In this document: piece after piece, positions 19,303 to 27,962 of the stretch | How positions within the stretch are numbered: the stretch's first letter is position 1 | Layout of the letters: each line of letters begins with the position of its first letter | Assembly: GCA_026195255.1 (NCBI GenBank) | Contig: JAPHSS010000022.1 | Coordinates: forward strand, 16,599 to 80,598 | DNA: 64,000 nt | Source of the DNA: Gammaproteobacteria bacterium | GTDB taxonomy: Bacteria; Pseudomonadota; Gammaproteobacteria; SZUA-229 | Direction of reading: 5' to 3' | Program-made: the position numbers and the translations under genes | The notes under the pieces: generated by a model | Told to the model about the DNA's origin: nothing | Databases searched by the model: none | The model's input: the letters and a program-made list of their open reading frames with translations, nothing else

Positions 19303-20214
19303 TTACATAAACATTCTTAGAACGATTCTTGCGTAATGATCGAGTAATAAAAAACCGAATAAAGCGCTTAAGTAAAATATTGAATAGCTAAATGTTTTCA
19401 TCGAGTGCTCATCACTTTCACCCGTTTTATATAACTTAACTGCGTGATAAAGAAAACCAAGCCCCAAAGCAACCGCACCCGCAAAATAGATTAAACCTGT
19501 CATATGAATAACAAATGGCATCATGGACACTGAGAGTAACATCAACGTATAAAGCACTATATGCATTTTCGTAAAAATTACACCATGTGTAACGGGTAAC
19601 ATGGGTAAACCTGCACGTGCATATTCGTCTTTACGTTTTATTGCCAATGCCCAAAAATGAGGCGGAGTCCAGACAAAGATAATTAAAAATAAGAGTAAAG
19701 CTTCACCATTAACCTCACCTGTCATTGCCGCCCAGCCAAGTAATGGTGGAGCCGCACCAGCTGCACCGCCTAATACAATATTCTGTGGTGTCGAACGCTT
19801 AAGAAACATTGTATAAATTACAGCGTAACCGACCAGAGATGTAAGCGTTAATAATGTGGTTAAAAGGTTTGTCCAGATTAATAAAATAACCATAGCAATT
19901 ACTGCAAGTGAAAGCGCAAACGTTAAAGCCTGTCGTGAAGTTAACGCTCCTTGTGGTAACGGACGATTGCTTGTGCGCTGCATCACTACATCAATCCGCT
20001 GATCAACCCAGTGGTTTAAAGCTGCCCCTGAAGCAGATGCGAGACCAATACCTAAACAGGCCGCTATAAATGTGTCTAGAGGTAAGGCGCCAGGCGAAGA
20101 AAGTAACATACCGACAATGGCAGTAAAGACAATTAAATAAACAACTTTTGGCTTACATAAATTGTAATAATTACGCCAGTTTAAGCTGGGAGATTTGAGT
20201 GTGGCTTCAGTCAT
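19303..20214 (-). CDS. cyoE: Protoheme IX farnesyltransferase (heme O synthase)
   Basis: LCKP.V, NH.VDQRID..M.RT.NRPLP, YT..LKR.TPQNIV.GGAAGA.PPL.GW, WTPPHFWAL. Confidence 0.96.
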   Translation of the reverse strand: MTEATLKSPSLNWRNYYNLCKPKVVYLIVFTAIVGMLLSSPGALPLDTFIAACLGIGLASASGAALNHWVDQRIDVVMQRTSNRPLPQGALTSRQALTFALSLAVIAMVILLIWTNLLTTLLTLTSLVGYAVIYTMFLKRSTPQNIVLGGAAGAAPPLLGWAAMTGEVNGEALLLFLIIFVWTPPHFWALAIKRKDEYARAGLPMLPVTHGVIFTKMHIVLYTLMLLSVSMMPFVIHMTGLIYFAGAVALGLGFLYHAVKLYKTGESDEHSMKTFSYSIFYLSALFGFLLLDHYARIVLRMFM

Positions 20215-21272
20215 GATAGAACCTTATTTGTATCATTTGGGGAGGTAATAGCCGAACCGGAGATAAGGCTATAATTAATAAGCAAAAGAGCAAGAAGTAA
20301 AGCGGCTGCAATTGCATTATGCGCAACTGCGATTGGTATAGGTAAAACAAGTATTACATTCGCGATACCTAAGGAAACCTGGGCAGTTAATAAATATAAT
20401 AAAAGTGCAGCTAGTTTACGTAATAGATCGTTATTGCTTTTAAAGATCATTAAAAGAGCTAATAAACTTAGAACGATCGTTGTTACTAAGGCACCTATGC
20501 GGTGTAAAAAATGAACAGTGACCCCTGCTTCAAAAGATAAAGAGCCACCTTCGTAATTCACAGTTGGGTCTTTAAAAAATACAAATGCTTCTTTGAAATT
20601 GGTTTCAGGAAGCCATGAACCCTGACAGGTTGGAAAGTCGGGACAATACAAAGCTACATAATTTGTGCTCGTCCAGCCACCAAGAAAAATTTGTATAGCC
20701 AGAACAAAAACAGCAAATCTGGCCAGTGGTTTTATGAAGTTATTAATGTTTGAAGTCTGTGCTTTTTTTAACCATTCACTTTGTGACCAGGGCTGACTGT
20801 GTTTGAGAAACACCCAGAATAATAAACTTAAGGTAAGTAGCCCTGTGAGCAAATGTAATGTAACGATAGTCGGTCGAACTAACTGGGTAACCGTCCACAT
20901 GCCGAGTAATCCCTGGAAAATAACCAGTAATACCAGGAATAGTGGCATTTTAAGCTGTTGATTCGGCTTGTGACGATGCCGCCAGGCTAGAAATGCCATT
21001 ATCAAAATAAGAAAACCAAGAATACTGGCAAAATAGCGATGAATCATTTCTTTCCAGGCTTTACCTGAGTGAACTTCAAGGTGTGGATATAGATTCACAG
21101 CCTGGGTGATCTCATGAGCTTCATCGGGCGCACCTATCTGGCCAAAACAGCCTGGCCAGTCAGGACAACCTAATCCAGCATCAGAGAGCCGTACATAAGC
21201 CCCTAAGACGATAACAAAGAACGCCAGGCAGCAAGCTGTAAGACTTATACGTAAAAACCACTTGTTATTCAA
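20211..21272 (-). CDS. ctaA: Heme A synthase (COX15/CtaA)
   Basis: GAYVRLSDAGLGCPDWPGC, EMIHRY, CPDFPTC, HFLHR, AVAHN. Confidence 0.95.
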   Translation of the reverse strand: MNNKWFLRISLTACCLAFFVIVLGAYVRLSDAGLGCPDWPGCFGQIGAPDEAHEITQAVNLYPHLEVHSGKAWKEMIHRYFASILGFLILIMAFLAWRHRHKPNQQLKMPLFLVLLVIFQGLLGMWTVTQLVRPTIVTLHLLTGLLTLSLLFWVFLKHSQPWSQSEWLKKAQTSNINNFIKPLARFAVFVLAIQIFLGGWTSTNYVALYCPDFPTCQGSWLPETNFKEAFVFFKDPTVNYEGGSLSFEAGVTVHFLHRIGALVTTIVLSLLALLMIFKSNNDLLRKLAALLLYLLTAQVSLGIANVILVLPIPIAVAHNAIAAALLLALLLINYSLISGSAITSPNDTNKVLS

Positions 21273-21330
21273 ACAACACCCGAAATTTTATTTAATTTTT
21301 GACTAATTCGATGCTATAGCAAGCAGAGTC

Positions 21331-21344
21331 TTGATGCAATTCAA
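21331..21344. promoter_or_regulatory. FNR/ANR-like box upstream of ctaA
   Basis: TTGAT-GCAA-TTCAA (1 mismatch). Confidence 0.5.
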
Positions 21345-21512
21345 TAATACTTTGGACAACATAAGTATATGTTTTTTATAGTTTTACTATATTATAATAT
21401 GATTATTATTGGTGATTATTAAAGAAATGTAAATTTTTGTTGTTTTATGACTTTTCACGGAAATTGTTTTTAGAAATTCATAATTAAGACTTTAAGTATT
21501 CAACATAAATAG

Positions 21513-21526
21513 TTGACCAGAATCAA
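21513..21526. promoter_or_regulatory. FNR/ANR box upstream of yhcC-ubiU-ubiV
   Basis: TTGAC-CAGA-ATCAA; TAAAAT -10 at 21550-21555 gives class II (about -41.5) geometry. Confidence 0.7.
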
Positions 21527-21543
21527 TACTGAAAGCTGGTTAT

Positions 21544-21562
21544 GCAAATTAAAATCATTCTC
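21544..21562. promoter_or_regulatory. Fur box overlapping the putative -10
   Basis: GCAAATTAAAATCATTCTC, 14/19 match to GATAATGATAATCATTATC. Confidence 0.55.
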
Positions 21563-21592
21563 AATTTATAACTAGAGCCAGAATCAAATCAA

Positions 21593-22537
21593 ATGCAGTT
21601 ATCTGATTATGTAAATACATTTGGACAGAGCTTATTAAAAAAGTATGGGGAGAGAATTCATAAAATTTCACTTAATGTGAATTTAACCTGCCCTAATCGT
21701 GATGGAACAAAAGGCATAGGTGGTTGCACGTTTTGTAATAATGTTTCCTTTAGCCCGAATGCTCGAGATCATAAATCTATAACCGATCAACTGTCTGCAG
21801 GACGTGAAGTCATACTCAAAAGAACTGGCGCAAAAAAGTACCTCGCATATTTTCAGGCTTATACTAATACTTATGGAGATGTAGCAGATTTAAAAAAATT
21901 ATATGATCTGGCGCTTTCTGAAAAAGATATTATCGGACTCTCCATAGGCACACGACCGGATTGTGTACCTGATGAAGTTCTTGATTTACTGGCGAATTAT
22001 CAAGCACAGGGTTATGAGATATGGCTTGAGCTGGGTTTACAGTCATCATTTGATGAAACACTTAAAAAAGTAAATCGTGGTCATGGGTTTAAGGAATATT
22101 ATGAGGCTATTCATAAAGCAAATAAACGCAATTTAAAAGTTTGTACTCATCTAATTATCGGGCTACCAGGTGAGAATCAGGAGCATTTTCAAATGACATT
22201 AAATCGAGTTTTATCAGAAGGTGTATCTGGCTTAAAACTACACCCTCTACATGTTGTGAAAGGCACCCAGTTAGCCAGAGAGTGGTCAAGAGGTGAATAT
22301 AAGCCTATTAATGAAAATGACTACGTACAAATTGCAGCTGATTTAATTGAAATGACGCCAGATGAAGTCATTTACCATCGTGTAACGGGTACCGCATCAA
22401 ACGATATATTACTGGCACCAAACTGGTGTTCAAAAAAATGGGATATCATCAATAGTATTACTCGGGAATTACATAAAAGAAAAAATAACAATAATTTTAA
22501 TTTTACAAATATTAAACCTTCGTTGTGTCTGTCATGA
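21593..22537 (+). CDS. yhcC: Radical SAM protein, TIGR01212/YhcC family
   Basis: CPNRDGTKG.GGCTFCN, YLAYFQAYTNTY, IGTRPDC, ELGLQS, KLHPLH.VKGT. Confidence 0.92.
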   Translation: MQLSDYVNTFGQSLLKKYGERIHKISLNVNLTCPNRDGTKGIGGCTFCNNVSFSPNARDHKSITDQLSAGREVILKRTGAKKYLAYFQAYTNTYGDVADLKKLYDLALSEKDIIGLSIGTRPDCVPDEVLDLLANYQAQGYEIWLELGLQSSFDETLKKVNRGHGFKEYYEAIHKANKRNLKVCTHLIIGLPGENQEHFQMTLNRVLSEGVSGLKLHPLHVVKGTQLAREWSRGEYKPINENDYVQIAADLIEMTPDEVIYHRVTGTASNDILLAPNWCSKKWDIINSITRELHKRKNNNNFNFTNIKPSLCLS

Positions 22538-23562
22538 GTATTTTAGATAATGGGAAAACAAAAAAAATGGAACTGGTGTGTCCTGCTGGAAATTTACCAG
22601 CTTTAAAAATTGCGGTGGATAATGGCGCTGACGCTGTTTATATGGGCCTCAAGGATGATACAAATGCGCGTCATTTTGCAGGCTTAAATTTCAATGAAAA
22701 ACGCTCGTATCAGGCGATTGAATATGCACATCAACGCGGTTGTAAAGTTTATCTGGCAATTAATACTTACCCTCAGGCTAATGGTTGGCAGAGGTGGAAG
22801 AATGCAGTTGATATGGCAGCTAAACTTGAAGTTGATGCTTTAATTGCTGCGGATATCGGGGTTTTAGATTACGCTTCTAGTAAATATTCGGAATTACGTT
22901 TGCATTTATCAGTACAGGGGTCTGCGACTAACGCTGAGTCTATTAATTTTTATTATGATAATTTTGCTGTTAAACGTGTAGTGTTGCCTCGCGTTCTATC
23001 TTTAAAACAGGTTGCACAGGTAGCTGAATCTAGCCCTGTGCCGCTAGAGGTTTTTGGTTTTGGAAGTTTGTGTGTCATGGTAGAAGGCAGGTGTTTATTA
23101 TCTTCATATGCAACGGGACAATCCCCGAACACATTCGGTGCATGTTCTCCCGCAAGTGCTGTTGAGTGGCAGGAAACAAATTCTGGATTACACACACGAC
23201 TAAATAATATATTAATTGACAGTTATAAAGAAAATGAACCTGCGGCTTACCCTACTCTCTGTAAAGGACGTTTTGAAGTATCAAGTAACACCTATTACGC
23301 AATTGAAGAACCCACCAGTTTAAACACCATAGAATTGCTACCGGAACTACAAAAAATAGGCATAGCGGCAATAAAAATTGAAGGTAGGCAACGTAGCACT
23401 GCTTATGTAAATCAGGTGTCTAAAGTCTGGCGAGAAGCCCTTGATGCCTGTCATAACGATAGTGATCATTACGTTGTCAAAAATGAATGGTTGCAAACAC
23501 TTCATGAAGTTTCTGAAGGTCGTACAACAACCTTAGGTGCATATCACAGGCCCTGGCAATAA
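22534..23562 (+). CDS. ubiU: O2-independent ubiquinone hydroxylation protein UbiU (U32 family)
   Basis: MELVCPAGNLPALK.AVDNGADAVY, LCVM.EGRC...GACSP, YPTLCKGRF, KIEGRQRS, TTLGAYHRPWQ; ATGA overlap with yhcC. Confidence 0.95.
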   Translation: MSILDNGKTKKMELVCPAGNLPALKIAVDNGADAVYMGLKDDTNARHFAGLNFNEKRSYQAIEYAHQRGCKVYLAINTYPQANGWQRWKNAVDMAAKLEVDALIAADIGVLDYASSKYSELRLHLSVQGSATNAESINFYYDNFAVKRVVLPRVLSLKQVAQVAESSPVPLEVFGFGSLCVMVEGRCLLSSYATGQSPNTFGACSPASAVEWQETNSGLHTRLNNILIDSYKENEPAAYPTLCKGRFEVSSNTYYAIEEPTSLNTIELLPELQKIGIAAIKIEGRQRSTAYVNQVSKVWREALDACHNDSDHYVVKNEWLQTLHEVSEGRTTTLGAYHRPWQ

Positions 23563-23564
23563 AT

Positions 23565-24500
23565 ATGAATACAAACATGACTAAATTATCTCTTGGCCCA
23601 ATTCAATACTACTGGGATAGACAAACAACCTTTGATTTTTATAAACAGATAGCGAACAGCAAAATTGATATTGTTTATTTAGGCGAAACAGTTTGCTCAA
23701 AACGAAAGTTAATGCGCCGTAATGACTGGCTTGAAATAGCTGAATTACTTAAAGCATCTGGTAAAGAGGTTGTCTTATCGAGCATGACCTTAATTGAGGC
23801 TAATTCAGAGTTAGCCGCTATAAAGTCATTATGTGGTAACTCTGAATACATGATTGAAGCTAATGATATGTCTGTTGTTCAGTTGTTAAAAGACAAACCG
23901 TTTGTAACAGGGCCTTCTGTAAATGTCTACAACCCGGCAAGTTTAAAAATGTTAGCTAAACATGGTTTAAAAAGATGGGTATTACCTGTTGAACTGTCTA
24001 AATCGTCACTTGCTGATATGCAATTAGAGCGACCTGCAGGTGTTGAAACAGAGGTCATAGTTTACGGCCGGTTACCCCTTGCATATTCTGCTCGATGTTT
24101 TACAGCAAGATCACATAATCTACCGAAGGATGATTGTCAGTATCGCTGTCTTGATGATCCTGACGGGCTTATGTTATCAACCCAGGAGAATGAAAAATTT
24201 CTGATTCTGAATGGTATTCAAACGCAGTCGGCTAAAACAAGTAACCTCATTCTGGATTTAGATGAGCTGTATAAATTAAATGTCGATATATTCCGTATTA
24301 GTCCAGCGTCTCAACATACAGTAAAAATTATAGATTTATTTTATAAAACATTACATGAATCTTATTCTGATAAAAAAGCAAATACAGAATTACAGAAATT
24401 AATGCCGGTCGGAGGTTCCTGTAATGGTTACTGGCATGGTGCTAATGGAATGGACTGGAAAGAATCAACTGAAGAAGTATTATCTCAGGTAACACGATGA
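23565..24500 (+). CDS. ubiV: O2-independent ubiquinone hydroxylation protein UbiV
   Basis: KLSLGP..YYW, YLGETVCSKR, LAYSARCFTAR...KDDC..RC, NGIQTQS, CNGYWHG. Confidence 0.95.
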   Translation: MNTNMTKLSLGPIQYYWDRQTTFDFYKQIANSKIDIVYLGETVCSKRKLMRRNDWLEIAELLKASGKEVVLSSMTLIEANSELAAIKSLCGNSEYMIEANDMSVVQLLKDKPFVTGPSVNVYNPASLKMLAKHGLKRWVLPVELSKSSLADMQLERPAGVETEVIVYGRLPLAYSARCFTARSHNLPKDDCQYRCLDDPDGLMLSTQENEKFLILNGIQTQSAKTSNLILDLDELYKLNVDIFRISPASQHTVKIIDLFYKTLHESYSDKKANTELQKLMPVGGSCNGYWHGANGMDWKESTEEVLSQVTR

Positions 24501-24549
24501 AGCAAATATGAGGTATTTTAATTCTCAGAAAAATATTAATAAAGTAAAT

Positions 24550-25041
24550 TTAACTAAATAAACGTTTATAAATTGGCAGGCTATTTTTTAATAAACGTTC
24601 AATTTTTTCAAAATGTCTATTTGATTCAAAATCCAGACTATCTAGAAAGTTTTTAAGCTCCAGACCAAGTTCAGTGTTACCCTGCATAACGAGTTTTCTC
24701 TGAAAGACGAGTGTGTCCGGGTCTTGCTTTCGTGCGGCTAATTGAAGGTAGTCATATACATTTGCCTGTAGCTCAATATCACAATTAGAGTTTGATTTCA
24801 CAGTGATTAGACGATTATTATTAAGGCTGATGAAATACATTATATTCACATCAGAAACTTTGATGCAGAGACGCCTGTTTTCAAGAAAATCCAGCTCACC
24901 CTCATTTATCTGCTCTTTTAACAATAAGTTAAGAAAACCTACTAATATTCGTGAGTGGATAGTTGAAGGTACAAATTTCAATGGAATAGATAAAATACCG
25001 GGAAATTTTGGTGTGTTCTCTATTTTTTGGGATAAGCTCAT
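24550..25041 (-). CDS. ubiT: SCP2-domain ubiquinone biosynthesis accessory factor UbiT
   Basis: GELDFLE, AARKQDPDTL.FQRKL.M.G.TELGLELKN.LDS; adjacent to ubiUV. Confidence 0.9.
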   Translation of the reverse strand: MSLSQKIENTPKFPGILSIPLKFVPSTIHSRILVGFLNLLLKEQINEGELDFLENRRLCIKVSDVNIMYFISLNNNRLITVKSNSNCDIELQANVYDYLQLAARKQDPDTLVFQRKLVMQGNTELGLELKNFLDSLDFESNRHFEKIERLLKNSLPIYKRLFS

Positions 25042-25077
25042 ACTCGCCTATTTTACTGAAAGTTCGTTACCCCTATT

Positions 25078-25091
25078 TTGATAAAAATCAA
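25078..25091. promoter_or_regulatory. FNR/ANR box (perfect consensus) between ubiT and the SCO gene
   Basis: TTGAT-AAAA-ATCAA; minus-strand TAAAAT at 25050-25055. Confidence 0.78.
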
Positions 25092-25155
25092 TAAAATTGA
25101 TGAACCGCGTAACACCTGATATAGTCATTTAGAATCATTAAATAAAGAAAATTAG

Positions 25156-25815
25156 ATGAAAAAGTCACATATTTTAATATTATTTATTGCTGCGGTGTTC
25201 GCAGCGACTTCAGGCATCTGGATGGCAAAGCAAACATCTGATGATTCTTCAGTTAGCATAAAACCTGAAGTTATACAGGGCGCCATATACCCTAATGCTA
25301 AAAATATTAAAGATTTTAATTTAATTAATCATCGATCTGAGAATATAACAAAAGAAAACTTTAAAAATCACTGGAGTTTGATATTTGTCGGTTATACACA
25401 CTGCCCAGATATATGCCCTACTACCATGGCAGTTATGACTCAGGTCAGTGAATTCATGCAGAAGCAGCAAATTAAACCACCAGAAATTGTCTTTTTATCT
25501 ATTGATCCTGAGCGTGACACGGCTGATATTCTCAATTCTTATGTGACTTATTTTAATAAAGATTTTATTGGTTTAACGGGTGATGTTGAAGAAATCACAC
25601 AATTAAGCGCGCAATTGAATGCTGTCTTTAGAAAGGCACCAGGATTAAGTGGTCAGATTACAGATGAAGATTATCTAATGGATCATAGTTCTGCTTTAAT
25701 GCTGATAAACCCGCATGGCAACCTGCAATCCATACTTACGGCTCCTCATACCCCGGCTAATATGATAGACAGTATTTTAAAAAGTCAGGCATATTTTCAA
25801 CAAATAAGTAATTAA
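25156..25815 (+). CDS. SCO1/SenC copper chaperone
   Basis: GYTHCPDICP, SIDPERDT, YLMDHS. Confidence 0.95.
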   Translation: MKKSHILILFIAAVFAATSGIWMAKQTSDDSSVSIKPEVIQGAIYPNAKNIKDFNLINHRSENITKENFKNHWSLIFVGYTHCPDICPTTMAVMTQVSEFMQKQQIKPPEIVFLSIDPERDTADILNSYVTYFNKDFIGLTGDVEEITQLSAQLNAVFRKAPGLSGQITDEDYLMDHSSALMLINPHGNLQSILTAPHTPANMIDSILKSQAYFQQISN

Positions 25816-25884
25816 TTAAAAAAGGCCAACTATTAGCCAGGGGTTTACTTAAAGTGTTGAAAAGTTAAAAGCAAAAGCAGGGGG

Positions 25885-25914
25885 AACCGCAAATAAACGC
25901 AAATGCACGCAAAT
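25885..25914 (+). repeat. Three tandem 10-bp repeats (NNNCGCAAAT)
   Basis: aaccgcaaat aaacgcaaat gcacgcaaat. Confidence 0.7.
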
Positions 25915-25922
25915 ATTAATTT

Positions 25923-25956
25923 AACTCGTTCCCATGCTCCTGCATGGGAACGAGTT
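25923..25956. repeat. REP-like palindrome, copy 1
   Basis: aactcgttcccatgc-tcct-gcatgggaacgagtt, 15-bp perfect stem; resembles the TCGTTCCCACGCT..GCGTGGGAA REP family. Confidence 0.8.
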
Positions 25957-26008
25957 GAAATTTAGATATGAGCTTAAAATTATTTAGCTTCATGGGAATT
26001 TCAATTCT

Positions 26009-26320
26009 GTGGTTTCGCCTTTGTGGCGACTCACTTTTTTGCCTGCAGCCCATGTTAACAGGCTTGGAAAAGTAAGCAAAAAATAGCCGCCCTTTAGTCG
26101 CTAGTTCTCATCAAAAAGCGATGAGAATACCCAAAAAATCTAATGTTATTAAAAGTTATTACTCTATGCTGTGTGACTTCTACTTTGTTCCCGGGTCGTT
26201 CAGATGCGCCGTCCAGGCTTACAGAACTTCCAGAGTAATATAAATATGGTACATCCCTGTAATTTTATCCCTCGATGGAAACATTTTTTGGCTAGCTCCA
26301 GAGGGGATAAAAGTCAAAAC
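26009..26320. repeat. Degenerate long palindromic MITE-like element
   Basis: ggtttcgcc..ggcgactcacttttt..aaaagtaagcaaaaaa..ccc start; internal hairpin ttctcatc/gatgagaa; ccaaaaaa(26121) complementary to ttttttgg(26284); no ORF. Confidence 0.5.
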
Positions 26321-26341
26321 CAATACGAACTGAATCTTGTT

Positions 26342-26369
26342 CTCGTTCCCATGCTCCTGCGTGGGAATG
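26342..26369. repeat. REP-like palindrome, copy 2
   Basis: ctcgttcccatgctcctgcgtgggaatg, near-identical to copy 1. Confidence 0.78.
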
Positions 26370-26495
26370 TTTAGGTTTCGTTGTACTAGCCTACACACCG
26401 TACGCTTTTAGGTGCAGAACTTATTCCAGCTTTTGAACTTATTTAAATAAATTTAACCTGAATAAAAATATATTATTTTATAAACAGGCCATTAT

Positions 26496-26936
26496 TTAAG
26501 TTAAAGTATAAGCGAGTATTTCAACTACCTGTTCAGGTGTTGTGCAAGTAGCTTGAGCTGCGGCATCTACTTCTTTTAATGCATGCGTCAGTTCTTCGTC
26601 ATGTAGTGTGATAATTGATTTGCCTAGCGCAGCGGCATAACCAGCATCAAATGCCGCATTCCATTGTTTATACTTGTTACCAAACCGAATTACCACAACA
26701 TCTGCGTCTTCAATATGTTTACGAATACGTATGGCATTTATTTTTGCAGCTTTATGATCTTTCCAGAATGACTCGGTCTCAGCGCCCAGAATATTGTCTC
26801 CACAATCATCACTAGCCTCATGGTTAGTAACCGGTGATTTTATTTCAATTTCGAGACCTTTTTCTTTAATGCCCTCGGATATTTTTTCACGCCAGTCACT
26901 ATGAATTTCACCAGAAAGATATATCTTAAAGCTCAT
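26496..26936 (-). CDS. YtoQ-family protein
   Basis: YLSGEIHSDWR, H..SDDCG, D.K.AKIN.IR, FG.KYKQWNAAFDAG.A.ALGK, H.LKEVDAAA. Confidence 0.92.
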   Translation of the reverse strand: MSFKIYLSGEIHSDWREKISEGIKEKGLEIEIKSPVTNHEASDDCGDNILGAETESFWKDHKAAKINAIRIRKHIEDADVVVIRFGNKYKQWNAAFDAGYAAALGKSIITLHDEELTHALKEVDAAAQATCTTPEQVVEILAYTLT

Positions 26937-26982
26937 GTATGATCTCTATAAGTTGTTACAAATGATATTGTGATTAAATAAT

Positions 26983-27005
26983 AAAAAGGGCGAATCGCCA
27001 CTTTT
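26983..27005 (-). terminator. Probable terminator after secF
   Basis: aaaaagggcgaatcgccactttt; U tract on minus strand. Confidence 0.5.
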
Positions 27006-27014
27006 AGTTACAGG

Positions 27015-27953
27015 TTATGGTAGCTCGTCAAGTTCTTCGTTTTCTTTGGCATGCTCAAGAAAATCATGTTTTTCTACGCCCATCAATACCAGGCTGTTGC
27101 TAGCCACATAAATGGATGAATAGGTACCAATAAACACACCAATGATTAAAGCAAAAGCAAAACCATGAATCACTTCGCCACCTAGTATAAACAACGCAGC
27201 AAGAACGAGTAATGTTGTTAAAGACGTTATAATCGTTCGTGATAGTGTGCTATTGATTGATATATTTAATATTTCTACAGCAGTGCCTTTACGTTGTGCT
27301 CGAAAGGTCTCACGTATTCTGTCTAAAACAACAACAGTATCATTTAATGAGTAACCTATTACAGCTAACAAAGCAGCAAGTACGGTTAAATCAAATGGCA
27401 TTTGAATAATGGAGAAGACGCCAATAGTGATAATCACATCATGAATTAATGCCATGATTGCACCCACAGCTGATTTTAGCTGAAAGCGTAATCCCACATA
27501 AATCATTATGCAGAACAAGGCAATTAACATTGCAAGCCCACCCTGCTCTCTTAATTCTTCGCCTACTTGTGGTCCAACAAATTCGATACGTCGCATTTCA
27601 ACGTTGTCTGTTGAGGTGTTCTTTAATATATTAAGAACATCATCAGAAATGCTCGCACTATTAACACCTTCGCGTGGCGCTATTCGAACCAGAACATCTT
27701 TAGATGTACCAAAGTGCTGAATTAAAGCATCGGAGTATTCACTTTTAGCCAACGCATTACGCACGGGCTCAAGTTCAATTGATTGAGAGTAACCAACCTC
27801 AATTAAGTAACCGCCTGTAAAATCTATACCCAGATTTAAACCCCGTGTATAAATACTCGCTATTGAAACCAGGATCAGAATTAATGAAATGCCAAGTGCA
27901 ATATTGCGTTTACCTAGAAAATCTATGTTTGTTTTACCTGTTAAAAAATGCAT
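27015..27953 (-). CDS. secF: Protein translocase subunit SecF
   Basis: LNLGIDFTGG, EFVGPQVG.EL, HDV, IGYSLNDT.V..DRIRE, GTYSS. Confidence 0.98.
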   Translation of the reverse strand: MHFLTGKTNIDFLGKRNIALGISLILILVSIASIYTRGLNLGIDFTGGYLIEVGYSQSIELEPVRNALAKSEYSDALIQHFGTSKDVLVRIAPREGVNSASISDDVLNILKNTSTDNVEMRRIEFVGPQVGEELREQGGLAMLIALFCIMIYVGLRFQLKSAVGAIMALIHDVIITIGVFSIIQMPFDLTVLAALLAVIGYSLNDTVVVLDRIRETFRAQRKGTAVEILNISINSTLSRTIITSLTTLLVLAALFILGGEVIHGFAFALIIGVFIGTYSSIYVASNSLVLMGVEKHDFLEHAKENEELDELP

Positions 27954-27962
27954 TCTGATTTC

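Noticed and set aside
25923-26369. CRISPR repeats or IS ends
   Set aside because: Only two copies about 420 bp apart, each self-palindromic, with no transposase or cas ORF; fits REP better
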